A program made the position numbers and the translations under genes. This document shows positions 27,452 to 36,480 of a stretch of 64,000 nucleotides of DNA, piece after piece. Source of the DNA: an uncultured Ignavibacteriales bacterium (GTDB lineage: Bacteria; Zixibacteria; MSB-5A5; GN15; FEB-12); contig CAZFOY010000007.1 in assembly GCA_964520865.1 (NCBI GenBank), forward strand, positions 17,494-81,493, read 5' to 3'. Numbering within the stretch: the first letter of the stretch is position 1; each line of letters begins with the position of its first letter. The notes below the pieces were generated by a model, which was not told the DNA's origin, did no database searches, and saw only the letters and a program-made list of their open reading frames with translations.

Positions 27452-30400
27452 ATGAGAGAGATAACTAACAGCCGCAAACTCATACAGATTCTTCAGCAGA
27501 CTTTGCTGAAACAGAGACTGGTGTTGTCGGCCGCCGGTTTGCTGCTCACGCTGACCGTGGTGTTGGCCGCCTGGATTATTCTCTCACTGCTTGCCAACGT
27601 TGTAATCCTCCCGGTCGCCGTGAAGGTCAGCCTGCTTATTCTCAGTGGACTGGTCACGCTCTATTTCTTCGGCCGCCACGCTATAGGAAGGTTCTTCTCG
27701 GGGACGGTCGATGATGTCGCCGTGGATCTCGAAACCAGGAACCCGGCTCTCAAGGGACGGCTGATAGCGGCGATTCAGTTTTCCCGCACTGCTAAGACAC
27801 CCGGATATTCTTCTGAATTGATAGATATGACCGAAAAGCAGGCCCTCAAAGAGGCTGGCGGAATCAATTTCAACGAATCAGTCCGATTCTATCCGGTGCT
27901 GAGAACCGGACGGCTCCTCGGTGGGTGTGTGGTGGTTGCGGTGGCATTGCTTCTACTGGTCCCGGGGCTGTTCACGTACTCGTACGAAGTCTACTCTAAT
28001 CCGACTTCGGTTATCGCCCCGCCGCTCGGATACAAATTGGTTGCCAACCCCGGATCGACCGAATGGATCAAATATCGTGACATTCCGATCGGTGCCTCGA
28101 TCTTCGGCGATCATCTTCCGGACAAAGCTTCGGTCTCCTACCGGATGGCGGGAGGAAGCTGGCAGAAAGCTGAAATCGACCTTCGCAAGCAGCACAAATT
28201 CGAGCTTGCCGGCGGCGACTCGGTCGCCTTCGCCATAACCCTTCGTCAGGTCAACAAATCATTTGATTACTATGTCGAAGCTGGTCGCGAGAAGACGGAG
28301 ATTCAGAAAGTCGATGTGGTCGATCGGCCCCGGGTACAGGGAATCAAGCTGTCCGTGTTCTACCCGGATTACACCGGCCTTCAGCCGACCGTTGTTGACG
28401 AAAACAACGGATCGTTCTCGGCCGTGGTAGGCAGCCGCGTCAACATGAAGATTACGACCAACCTGCCGATCACACAGGCGGAACTGGTCTTTGATGACTC
28501 CAGCCGTACGCCGATGAAGGTGCTGAACAAAGAGGCTGAGATCGCGATGGTGGTCGACAAGTCCCGTTCCTACCATATCCGACTCACCGATCGGATGGGT
28601 GAAAACAACCCCGACCCGATCGAATACTACGTAACGGCGGTCCCGGATGACTATCCGTCGATCGATGTTGTCCGGCCCGGGTTCGACGTCAACCTCACCG
28701 ATGACATGACGCTGCCGTTGAAGGTGCACATCTTCGACGACTACGGTTTCTCGTCACTCGTAATGAAGTACCGGGTTGTCTCGCAGGGGAGACCGTCGGA
28801 AGAAAACGTCGCGGTCCTGCATTATCCCGACAAAATCAAGACCGAAGGCGAAGTTGAGTTCAATTGGGATATGGACAAGCTGAACATGTATCCCGGCGAC
28901 TACGTCACCTATTATTTCGAAGTGGCCGACAATGACCGCATTTCCGGACCGAAGATTACCAAGTCTCACCAGTTCATGGCCCGCCTGCCTTCCCTCGACG
29001 AGATCGTGGCGCAGACCCAGAGCGAAGGGAACAAGCGTATCATCAAGACGGAGGATATGCTTCGTGCGAGTAAAGAGCTGTCCAAACGGCTGAACGACGT
29101 TAGCCGCAAGCTTCAGGCTCAGGGGACGACACCTCAACCGCAGGAGAATTGGGAGCAGCAGAAAGAACTTCAGTCGATTGTCGACAAGAACGCGCAGTTG
29201 CTGGACCAGATAGACAAGAGTTCCCAGGAGATGAACAAGTCGGTCGACAAGATGAATCAGCAGGCCCTGATGAGCCAGGATATCCTCGACAAGCTGGCCG
29301 AGATTCAGAAGCTGTTCGAGGAAGTTGCTACGCCGGAGATGAAGGAAGCTCAGAAGAAGCTGGCCGAAGCGATGAAGAAGATGAATCCGAAGGATCTGCA
29401 GGACGCCATCAAGAACTTCCAGCTGTCCCAGCAGGAGTTGGTCGATCGTCTCGATCGCACGCTGGCGCTGCTCAAGAAGATGCAGCTTCAACAGCAGATG
29501 GAGGCGATGGTTCGGCAGATCGAACAACTGGCCAAGCGCCAGGAGCAGATGAATCAGACGACCGACAGCAGTGCCAAGTCCGCTCTGCCTAACCTCTCCG
29601 AACAGGAAAGCAAGCTGCAGTCCAAGCTCGAAGATCTCAAGAAGCAGGTGAGCGATCTTGACAAGACGGCGCAGGACGCGAAGATGGACCAATCGCCGGA
29701 GTACAACAAATTCAAGGAAGCGCTCGAAAAGACTGACGCTAATCAGGACATGCAGCAGATGTCTCAGTCGTTGTCGCAAAGTCAGAAGTCGCAGGCCTCC
29801 AAGCAGGGGAAGAACGCCCACACGAAGATCATGTCGATGCTCGATACTATGCAGCAGCAGTTGTTGGCGATGAAGTCAGATGAGGACGACGCCGCCAAGA
29901 AACAGATGAGAATGGCCCTCGATGACTCCAACTATCTTTCGCGGAGTCAGGAGGATATGTACAATCAAGCGGCGGCCGTGAACGCTCAATCGATGCTGCT
30001 GCACGACTTTGCCAAGAACCAGCTCAACCTGACCACGGCCTGCCAGGGTCTGAAGGCGAGGATCGATGAACTGGGCAAGATGTCGCCGTTCCTTGCATCG
30101 GAGTTGAGCCAGATCGTGACCTCCGCAACCGATAAGATGGATCTTGCGACCAAGGCGTTCGACGCCAACCAGGCCTCCGCGGCACTGCGCAACCAGCGTG
30201 ACGCGATGGTCGGCCTGAACGAAGCTTCGGTCCGCCTTATGGAGTCGCTCGAGCAGCAGAGTCAATGCGACAAAGGCGGGAGCTGCGATAAGAACACCTC
30301 CAATCTGCAGTCCCTGTGTGAACGTCAGAATAATCTCAATCAGAAGACCCAGAGCGAGTGCAATAAGCCGGGTCAGAATCCCAAGATGGGTGAAGGAGAC

Positions 30401-30883
30401 GCTGAGCGGCAAAATCTGCAGCGTCTGGCCGGCGAGCAGGGGGCGATTCGTAAATCGCTTGAAGAGCTGAACAAAGAGTTCGGCGGATCACGACAGATTC
30501 TCGGCCGACTCGATGATATCGCAAAAGAGATGAAAGAGATCCAGGAAGCAATGGCCAACGGTGAGGTCGGTCAGGATGTTCTGAACAGACAGATCAAAGT
30601 CTATTCGAGAATGCTCGAAGCTACCCGGTCGCTTTATCGAAAAGACTTCTCGCAGCAACGTCAGGCCACTACGGCGACCAGCGATGCGTTCGTTCTGCCG
30701 CCGGAGTTGAGCCCGGATGTGATGAATGACCGCTCGAGTCTCGAAGACCGTCTTCGCCAGTATCTGGGGGACAGTTATCCGCCACAGTACGAAGAGCAGA
30801 TTAAGGCTTACTTCAAGGCTCTTCTGCAAGCGAGCGGCAGTGCGACTCAGGGACAGGACAACAATACAACACCTTCGGAATAG
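27452..30883 (+). CDS. Giant membrane-anchored protein with a Gln/Lys/Glu-rich coiled coil (possibly DUF4175-like)
   Basis: 1144 aa from ATG 27452 (GAGGTGA 5 nt upstream). N-terminal TM hairpins, a beta-rich region of about 330 aa, a coiled-coil low-complexity region of about 500 aa, and a conserved-looking C-terminus (...YPPQYEEQIKAYFKAL). The CDS is solid. The family call is tentative and rests on architecture plus the DUF4159 neighbour. Confidence 0.6.
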   Translation: MREITNSRKLIQILQQTLLKQRLVLSAAGLLLTLTVVLAAWIILSLLANVVILPVAVKVSLLILSGLVTLYFFGRHAIGRFFSGTVDDVAVDLETRNPALKGRLIAAIQFSRTAKTPGYSSELIDMTEKQALKEAGGINFNESVRFYPVLRTGRLLGGCVVVAVALLLLVPGLFTYSYEVYSNPTSVIAPPLGYKLVANPGSTEWIKYRDIPIGASIFGDHLPDKASVSYRMAGGSWQKAEIDLRKQHKFELAGGDSVAFAITLRQVNKSFDYYVEAGREKTEIQKVDVVDRPRVQGIKLSVFYPDYTGLQPTVVDENNGSFSAVVGSRVNMKITTNLPITQAELVFDDSSRTPMKVLNKEAEIAMVVDKSRSYHIRLTDRMGENNPDPIEYYVTAVPDDYPSIDVVRPGFDVNLTDDMTLPLKVHIFDDYGFSSLVMKYRVVSQGRPSEENVAVLHYPDKIKTEGEVEFNWDMDKLNMYPGDYVTYYFEVADNDRISGPKITKSHQFMARLPSLDEIVAQTQSEGNKRIIKTEDMLRASKELSKRLNDVSRKLQAQGTTPQPQENWEQQKELQSIVDKNAQLLDQIDKSSQEMNKSVDKMNQQALMSQDILDKLAEIQKLFEEVATPEMKEAQKKLAEAMKKMNPKDLQDAIKNFQLSQQELVDRLDRTLALLKKMQLQQQMEAMVRQIEQLAKRQEQMNQTTDSSAKSALPNLSEQESKLQSKLEDLKKQVSDLDKTAQDAKMDQSPEYNKFKEALEKTDANQDMQQMSQSLSQSQKSQASKQGKNAHTKIMSMLDTMQQQLLAMKSDEDDAAKKQMRMALDDSNYLSRSQEDMYNQAAAVNAQSMLLHDFAKNQLNLTTACQGLKARIDELGKMSPFLASELSQIVTSATDKMDLATKAFDANQASAALRNQRDAMVGLNEASVRLMESLEQQSQCDKGGSCDKNTSNLQSLCERQNNLNQKTQSECNKPGQNPKMGEGDAERQNLQRLAGEQGAIRKSLEELNKEFGGSRQILGRLDDIAKEMKEIQEAMANGEVGQDVLNRQIKVYSRMLEATRSLYRKDFSQQRQATTATSDAFVLPPELSPDVMNDRSSLEDRLRQYLGDSYPPQYEEQIKAYFKALLQASGSATQGQDNNTTPSE

Positions 30884-30889
30884 TCTCAC

Positions 30890-32746
30890 ATGAAGTTGCT
30901 TCGCCGTTTATTCTTGATTGGTTTTGTTCTCTCCGTTTGCACCGGTTATTCGTTCGCAGGGATAACCGAACAGCCTCAGCCGGACACCGCCGCCGGTGAG
31001 CAGCTCAGCCCTGATCAGGCGAGGCAGCAGTTCCAGCAAAAGATCAATTTCTGTAGACAGCTGATGAATCAGGGGAATTTTGAGGGGGCGTCGGCCCTGC
31101 TTGAAACCATCTACGCAGAGCAGCCCACCAACTCTCTGGTGATAAACATGCTGATGCAGTGCTACGAATCGCTGCAGTATTATCCCAAAGCAGAGGACAT
31201 GATCAAGCGTCAGCTCGCCCTTTTCCCCGGCAACGTGAACTTCCAGGTAACCTACGCCGAACTTCTCGCCAAGCAGGGGAAGAAAGACGAAGCTGCAAAG
31301 GTCTACGATTCGGTGGTTACTTCGATCGGTTCAAAGAACGTCGTGCGCATACAGGGCGTCCTTCAGAGTATGATCGCCAACGACATGGATAGCATAGCTT
31401 TCAACACGATAGATTTGCTGAGAAAAGAGACCGGCATCAAAACGCTGTACGCTATTCAAAAGGGAGCCATTCTGGAGAAACGGAAGCAATATACCGCTGC
31501 GGCCGAAGAATACTATCCGCTGCTGAAAGACAGTACTTTCATCGGGACCAGCGCCGAGCAGCGGCTTGCCGATCTGTTGAATTTTGAGGAGTCGGCTCCG
31601 GACGCCGAGAAGGTTCTGCTCAAAGAGAAGGATCTTTATACCAACCTCAACGCGCTCAAGATCCTGTCGAATCACTATCTGACTGCGCACCAATACGACC
31701 GGGCATACCAATTTACCGTAGGTCTGGATTCGATCGAAGGATTCAAAGGCGGAGCGCCGCTAAGATACATGCGCAGCTGCGCCGATCTGAAATTGTATGC
31801 CGAGGCGGCCAAAATGGGTCAGTATATGATTCGGAACTACCACAACAGCCCGCTGGTGTTTGAAGCCTACTTCACCTATGCCGATATGCTCCGGCACCTC
31901 GGGAGTTACGACCGGGCGATTTCGGTCTATGATACCGTTTACAATACCTCGATCCAGAAGCGCGACCAGGCGGAAGCTTTGTATCAGATCGGCTCGGTCT
32001 TCCTGAACGACCTCTACCGGTATGATAGCGCGCTCGTGTACTTCGATTCCGTCAGCCGTCAGTTCCCCAAAACTATCGCTCAGCTCAAATCGAGTCTCGG
32101 ATCGGGCTACAGCTATTTGAGAATGGGGAAATTGAAAGAAGCTCAGGGTACCTTCAGCAACCTGTTGGATCTTCGCCTGAACGATGATATCAAGGAAGAA
32201 GTCACCTATGACCTTGGTCTGATCGCCTTTTTCGAGAAGCAGACCGATACGGCCCAGGCAATCTTCAAGAAGCTGATCGTGGATTACCCGCGCGGGTTCT
32301 ACGTCAATGATGCGCTTCAGTTGTTAACGATGTTCGATGAGGCGGAAGGTAATCAGGAGGCACTCTACGATTACTCCAATGCTCTGCTGTTCGAGCAGCG
32401 CAGGATGTTCGATTCCACCATTGCCAAGCTCAACATGATCACGGTCGGCGAAAGCACGCCGCTGGCCGATGTGGCCTTCTTCAAGCTGGCAAAGATCTAT
32501 CTCTCTCAGGCGGACTCGGTCAAGGCGATAGCGAGCATCGACAGTTTGAAGGAGCGGTTCCCCGATTCGTATTACTTGCCTTATGGTCTGAAGTTGAAAG
32601 CCGATATGCTGCTGACGGAAAAGGGAAATGAAGCAGAGGCACGGGATATTTACCGACGGCTGCTCGAAAAATATCCTGAGTACCCCTTCACAGCGGATGT
32701 ACGGAAGATCATGAGGAGGCTCGACGCTCCCCCGGGTTCCGCTTAA
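30890..32746 (+). CDS. Secreted TPR-repeat protein
   Basis: Signal peptide, and degenerate 34-aa helical repeats throughout 618 aa. Starts 6 nt after the giant gene. Confidence 0.75.
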   Translation: MKLLRRLFLIGFVLSVCTGYSFAGITEQPQPDTAAGEQLSPDQARQQFQQKINFCRQLMNQGNFEGASALLETIYAEQPTNSLVINMLMQCYESLQYYPKAEDMIKRQLALFPGNVNFQVTYAELLAKQGKKDEAAKVYDSVVTSIGSKNVVRIQGVLQSMIANDMDSIAFNTIDLLRKETGIKTLYAIQKGAILEKRKQYTAAAEEYYPLLKDSTFIGTSAEQRLADLLNFEESAPDAEKVLLKEKDLYTNLNALKILSNHYLTAHQYDRAYQFTVGLDSIEGFKGGAPLRYMRSCADLKLYAEAAKMGQYMIRNYHNSPLVFEAYFTYADMLRHLGSYDRAISVYDTVYNTSIQKRDQAEALYQIGSVFLNDLYRYDSALVYFDSVSRQFPKTIAQLKSSLGSGYSYLRMGKLKEAQGTFSNLLDLRLNDDIKEEVTYDLGLIAFFEKQTDTAQAIFKKLIVDYPRGFYVNDALQLLTMFDEAEGNQEALYDYSNALLFEQRRMFDSTIAKLNMITVGESTPLADVAFFKLAKIYLSQADSVKAIASIDSLKERFPDSYYLPYGLKLKADMLLTEKGNEAEARDIYRRLLEKYPEYPFTADVRKIMRRLDAPPGSA

Positions 32747-33000
32747 TAGTCCTTCAGTTTTTCTCGACCCGCCTGAAGCATTTTGACCTGTTGCTCCAGG
32801 TGGAAAATTCTCTCCTCGTAATGCTCTTTCTTATGCTGCTTCATCTTGGAGGTAGTCCTGAACAGGAGTGCCAGCGAGAGGAGCATGAAGAGCACGGAAT
32901 TGACCTGACGGAAAATCTCCCCCATATTCAGCAGGGAGTCGACGAAAGCCAGAATTCCCAGGACGAACAAAATCGCACACCAAATAAACATAACGGACAC
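32743..33000 (-). CDS. Small membrane protein with a C-terminal coiled coil (hypothetical)
   Basis: 85 aa, two TM helices, then a basic/acidic helix (KEHYEERIFHLEQQVKMLQAGREKL). Its stop codon overlaps the stop of the convergent TPR gene. Confidence 0.5.
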   Translation of the reverse strand: MSVMFIWCAILFVLGILAFVDSLLNMGEIFRQVNSVLFMLLSLALLFRTTSKMKQHKKEHYEERIFHLEQQVKMLQAGREKLKDY

Positions 33001-33166
33001 CCTTCTGTTGGTTCGGTCGCTCGACCGATTGGCCTGCTTTTTAAGCTATTGGCAACTATGAATCTTGGGTCGTTTTTTCTCTTTCGGTTTCCCAAAAAAA
33101 GTGATACTATATGCCGTTAATCGGTATAATTCATATCTGTCTTTAGCCAAGGAGTTAGCCCCGTAG

Positions 33167-35920
33167 ATGACCAATAATAAACATGGCTCTTTCGACAAAA
33201 CTAACGCAATCATAGCCGGATTTGTCTATATCGGTGCTTTCATTGCCTATGCAATGACGGTTCAGCGGTCGATTTCCTTCTGGGATTGCGGTGAGTTTGT
33301 AGCCTGTGCCCATATTCTGGGCATCCCCCATCCCCCCGGAACGCCTCTGTTTGTCCTGATCGGCCGACTGTTTTCGGTCATACCGTTCGTACACGATATC
33401 GCCTACCGAGTCAATTTCATCTCCGTAATCACCTCGGCCGCAACCGCCACGTTCAGTTACTTGCTGACCGTACGGCTGGTCGGCTATTTCTTCCCGGCCG
33501 GAGAGAACAAAGGAATCAACCGGTATATCGCCTACATAGGAGGTATTGCCGGAGCCTATTTTGTCGCCTTCTCTCAGACTAACTGGGGGAACTCGGTTGA
33601 GGCGGAAGTCTATGGTATGGCGCTTGCCATGTCGGTTATGCTGGTCTGGCTTACGGTCATCTACTTTGAGCGTCGAGGTACACCGACGGCTAACAAGATA
33701 ATGATCCTCTTCTTTTACATTGCGCTCCTTGGAGTCGGAATACACATGACCGTGTTTCTTGTGGTTCCGGCGATGACTTTGTTCTTCATTCTGAAGAAAG
33801 ATGCTACCGCCCGCGACTGGCTTGCCGTCAGCGGGTTTATCATTGTCGAACTGCTCATGGTGCCGCTCTTTTCGGACGGCCGCGGCGGAAGCGGAATGTT
33901 CTTTCTCATGTCGGCGATTCTGGCCTCGGCGCTGGTCATTCTGCTCTATAAGAAAATCAACTGGGCGGTTCTTATCGCGATCGGATCGGTCAGTTCGGTG
34001 ATGATCGCCTTTCAGACCTATATCTATGTCACTCCGATGGCGTTGGCCGTTCTGGTTCTCCTTGGAATAGCTTCTGAAAAATACAAATGGCAATTTCAGT
34101 GGAAGACCGGAATCGCGATTGTCCTCATTGCCTTCATCGGGATTTCGGTGCACCTGTATATACCGATTCGCTCCGCTCTCGATCCGCGGATCGATGAGAA
34201 CAACCCGTCGCGCGACTTTCCGACCTTTGTGGCGTTTCTCGACCGTAAACAGTACGGTCAGGAGTCGATGGTTGACCGGATGTTCCATCGTCGCGGTACC
34301 TGGGAGAACCAGTTTATGTGGCATCCGCATATGGGGTACTGGTCGTATTTCGAAGAACAGTATTCCAACGGCGGATGGATCTTCCTGCCGTTTTTCGCGC
34401 TCGGCGCCCTCGGTATGGCGACCTCAATCAAGAAGCGTACGGAGATCGGTATGCCGTTCCTCGTACTGTTCCTGCTCTGTTCGGCCGGTCTGATCTTGTA
34501 TATGAATTTTGCCGATGGCACCAAATATGACCCTCGAACGGGGGACGCCTATCTGGAGGTACGCGACCGAGACTACTTCTTCACCCCGGCCTTTGTCTTC
34601 TTCGGCATAGCTATGGGTATGGGGGTCTCGGCGATTATGAAGTACCTCAAGGAGAAGTTCGGGGGCGGGATCCCGAGCAAGCAGAAGACAATTGCGATCG
34701 CGACATCGGTGCTTGCGCTCCTTCCGCTGGTCTCGCTCGCTCACAGTTATCACATCAATGACCGCTCGCATAATTTTATTCCGTACAATTACGCAGCCAA
34801 TCTGCTCGATACCTGCGATAAGAACGCGCTACTGTTTACTTCGGGAGACAACGACACCTTCCCACTCTGGTGCATTCAGGAGGTCTACAACTACCGCAAA
34901 GATGTGACGGTGATCAATTTGTCGTTGCTGAACACCGACTGGTATGTGGCGCAGATGAAGAATCAGTATCATGTCCCGATTTCCCTGAGCGACAAACAGA
35001 TCCTCTGGTATCCGTACGAGGTCAGTCCGGGGGTATGGGCCAGCCGGCCGAAGGAGCAATTCTACGACCGGCCGCGAAAGCGACGAACGTATCTTACGCC
35101 GAGTCCGCTGGGCAACAGTGTTGTTCGGGTGCAGGATATGATGGTCGACGATATCGTGATCGAAAACAAGTGGGAGAAGCCGATTTATTTCAGCGCCCCT
35201 CCTTACGGCGATTCTCCGCTCAATTTGAGGAGCCGGGCCACCTCGGTCGGACTTCTCTACCGGCTCGACCAGAATCCGCCGCCGAGCCTGGTCGATGTCG
35301 ATACCGGATACAATCTTTATATGAATGACTACAGATACGGCGGGTACTCCAATTCAAAGGTATACCGCGATGAAAACGCCACCGGTGTGTTCATCGGAGT
35401 CGGCGTCAATTCCGTACGGCTGTACGATCAGTTGATCAAGCAGTCCGATTCTGCCCGCGCAATTGCGCTCTCCGAAAAGATGATGAAGGTCTATCCGGAA
35501 TACTGGCAGATGTACGAACTTCGCGCCGATATCTACGACAAGCAGGGGGATTCGGCCAAAGGTGACAGCCTCTTCCAGACCCTGATCGACACCCTTTCGG
35601 CGTTCAGCAAAACCAACGAGGAGAATCTCTTCTACAAGCAGGATCTTGGCCTCGCCGAATCCGAGCTGGGGCGGAGGACCAAAGATCAGGCGCTTATCGA
35701 TGAAGGGATAAACCAGCTGTGGCAGGCGTTCGCGGCTAACCCGAACAGCAACTATGCGTTCCGCAAACTTCTGTCGGTCTTGAGTGAACAGAAGCAATAC
35801 ACCGATATTCGAAAGGCGGCACTGATGTTCGCGGAATACGGCCAGAACCTCGGAGATCCGCTACTTCAACAAATCCTGAATATCAAGCCTCCTTCGGGAT
35901 ATCTGCCACCTGACGAATAG
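33167..35920 (+). CDS. DUF2723 (TMEM260-like) GT-C-fold glycosyltransferase with a C-terminal TPR-like domain
   Basis: 917 aa. The N-terminal half is polytopic and carries SFWDCGEFVACAHILGIPHPPGTPLF, which I recognise as the DUF2723 signature. The C-terminal part is soluble and helical-repeat. Confidence 0.8.
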   Translation: MTNNKHGSFDKTNAIIAGFVYIGAFIAYAMTVQRSISFWDCGEFVACAHILGIPHPPGTPLFVLIGRLFSVIPFVHDIAYRVNFISVITSAATATFSYLLTVRLVGYFFPAGENKGINRYIAYIGGIAGAYFVAFSQTNWGNSVEAEVYGMALAMSVMLVWLTVIYFERRGTPTANKIMILFFYIALLGVGIHMTVFLVVPAMTLFFILKKDATARDWLAVSGFIIVELLMVPLFSDGRGGSGMFFLMSAILASALVILLYKKINWAVLIAIGSVSSVMIAFQTYIYVTPMALAVLVLLGIASEKYKWQFQWKTGIAIVLIAFIGISVHLYIPIRSALDPRIDENNPSRDFPTFVAFLDRKQYGQESMVDRMFHRRGTWENQFMWHPHMGYWSYFEEQYSNGGWIFLPFFALGALGMATSIKKRTEIGMPFLVLFLLCSAGLILYMNFADGTKYDPRTGDAYLEVRDRDYFFTPAFVFFGIAMGMGVSAIMKYLKEKFGGGIPSKQKTIAIATSVLALLPLVSLAHSYHINDRSHNFIPYNYAANLLDTCDKNALLFTSGDNDTFPLWCIQEVYNYRKDVTVINLSLLNTDWYVAQMKNQYHVPISLSDKQILWYPYEVSPGVWASRPKEQFYDRPRKRRTYLTPSPLGNSVVRVQDMMVDDIVIENKWEKPIYFSAPPYGDSPLNLRSRATSVGLLYRLDQNPPPSLVDVDTGYNLYMNDYRYGGYSNSKVYRDENATGVFIGVGVNSVRLYDQLIKQSDSARAIALSEKMMKVYPEYWQMYELRADIYDKQGDSAKGDSLFQTLIDTLSAFSKTNEENLFYKQDLGLAESELGRRTKDQALIDEGINQLWQAFAANPNSNYAFRKLLSVLSEQKQYTDIRKAALMFAEYGQNLGDPLLQQILNIKPPSGYLPPDE

Positions 35921-35944
35921 CCGGGGAGGAATTGAAGACAAAAG

Positions 35945-35976
35945 AGGCTCGCAGTCGTTCGATTGCGAGCCTTTTG
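35945..35976. terminator. Bidirectional terminator between convergent genes
   Basis: AGGCTCGCA (35945-35953) pairs with TGCGAGCCT (35964-35972). A T-rich run follows on both strands. Confidence 0.6.
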
Positions 35977-36006
35977 CTTTACTGCGATGACGGTGCGCGG
36001 AGAGCT

Positions 36007-36480
36007 TCAGTCAGAAAGTCGGTACTGGGTTCTTCGACGGTAGTTGCCGTCAGCCCGGTCCATCATCTTCTCCGCGATAAATTCCCTGCGGACAGTGGCG
36101 AAATCGTCGTGATACCGGCTGATTATTCGGTTGACTTCCTCTTCGGGATAGACCTTGTTCGGCTCGAACTGAGCGAGAATATACTCCAGCAGATATTTGC
36201 GTTTGCTTCGCTGGGCCGGGAGTTTGTCGATATGCTCTTCCTTCATGAAGTTCTTGACTACCTTCTGACGGGGCGTCCGCTTGGCCTGGTTCGAGCGGCT
36301 CTGTAGCCAGTCGAATACCGACTGCTCCGGAATCCGCCAGTCTTTTCCTATCTTGTAGGCGTAAATCTCCCCAGCCTGCACCTTGCGGGTGACAACCTGG
36401 ACATTCATTTTCAACTTGTCGGCGAGCTCAGCAGTGGTGAAAAACTCCGTGTTCTTGATCAATCCTTCGTGGTATTCCAT
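36007..36480 (-). CDS. HTH (excisionase/MerR-like) DNA-binding protein with a DUF2087-like C-terminal domain
   Basis: 157 aa from ATG 36480, behind AGGAGA. The HTH reads FTTAELADKLKMNVQVVTRKVQAGEIYAYKIGKDWRIPEQSV. The C-terminal YPEEEVNRIISRYHDDFATVRREFI resembles DUF2087. Confidence 0.7.
   Translation of the reverse strand: MEYHEGLIKNTEFFTTAELADKLKMNVQVVTRKVQAGEIYAYKIGKDWRIPEQSVFDWLQSRSNQAKRTPRQKVVKNFMKEEHIDKLPAQRSKRKYLLEYILAQFEPNKVYPEEEVNRIISRYHDDFATVRREFIAEKMMDRADGNYRRRTQYRLSD

Noticed and set aside
28754-29821. Long antisense or alternative-frame shadow ORFs. Examples: 28754-29821 (355 aa), 33155-34330 (391 aa), 41538-42509 (323 aa), 46551-47498 (315 aa), 23074-24096 (340 aa), 57927-59072 (381 aa), 1999-2766 (255 aa), 5895-6656 (253 aa).
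   Set aside because: Each lies entirely inside, or across, a confidently identified gene on the other strand or in another frame. Each translates to Arg/His/Gly/Leu-biased low-complexity sequence with no recognisable motifs.
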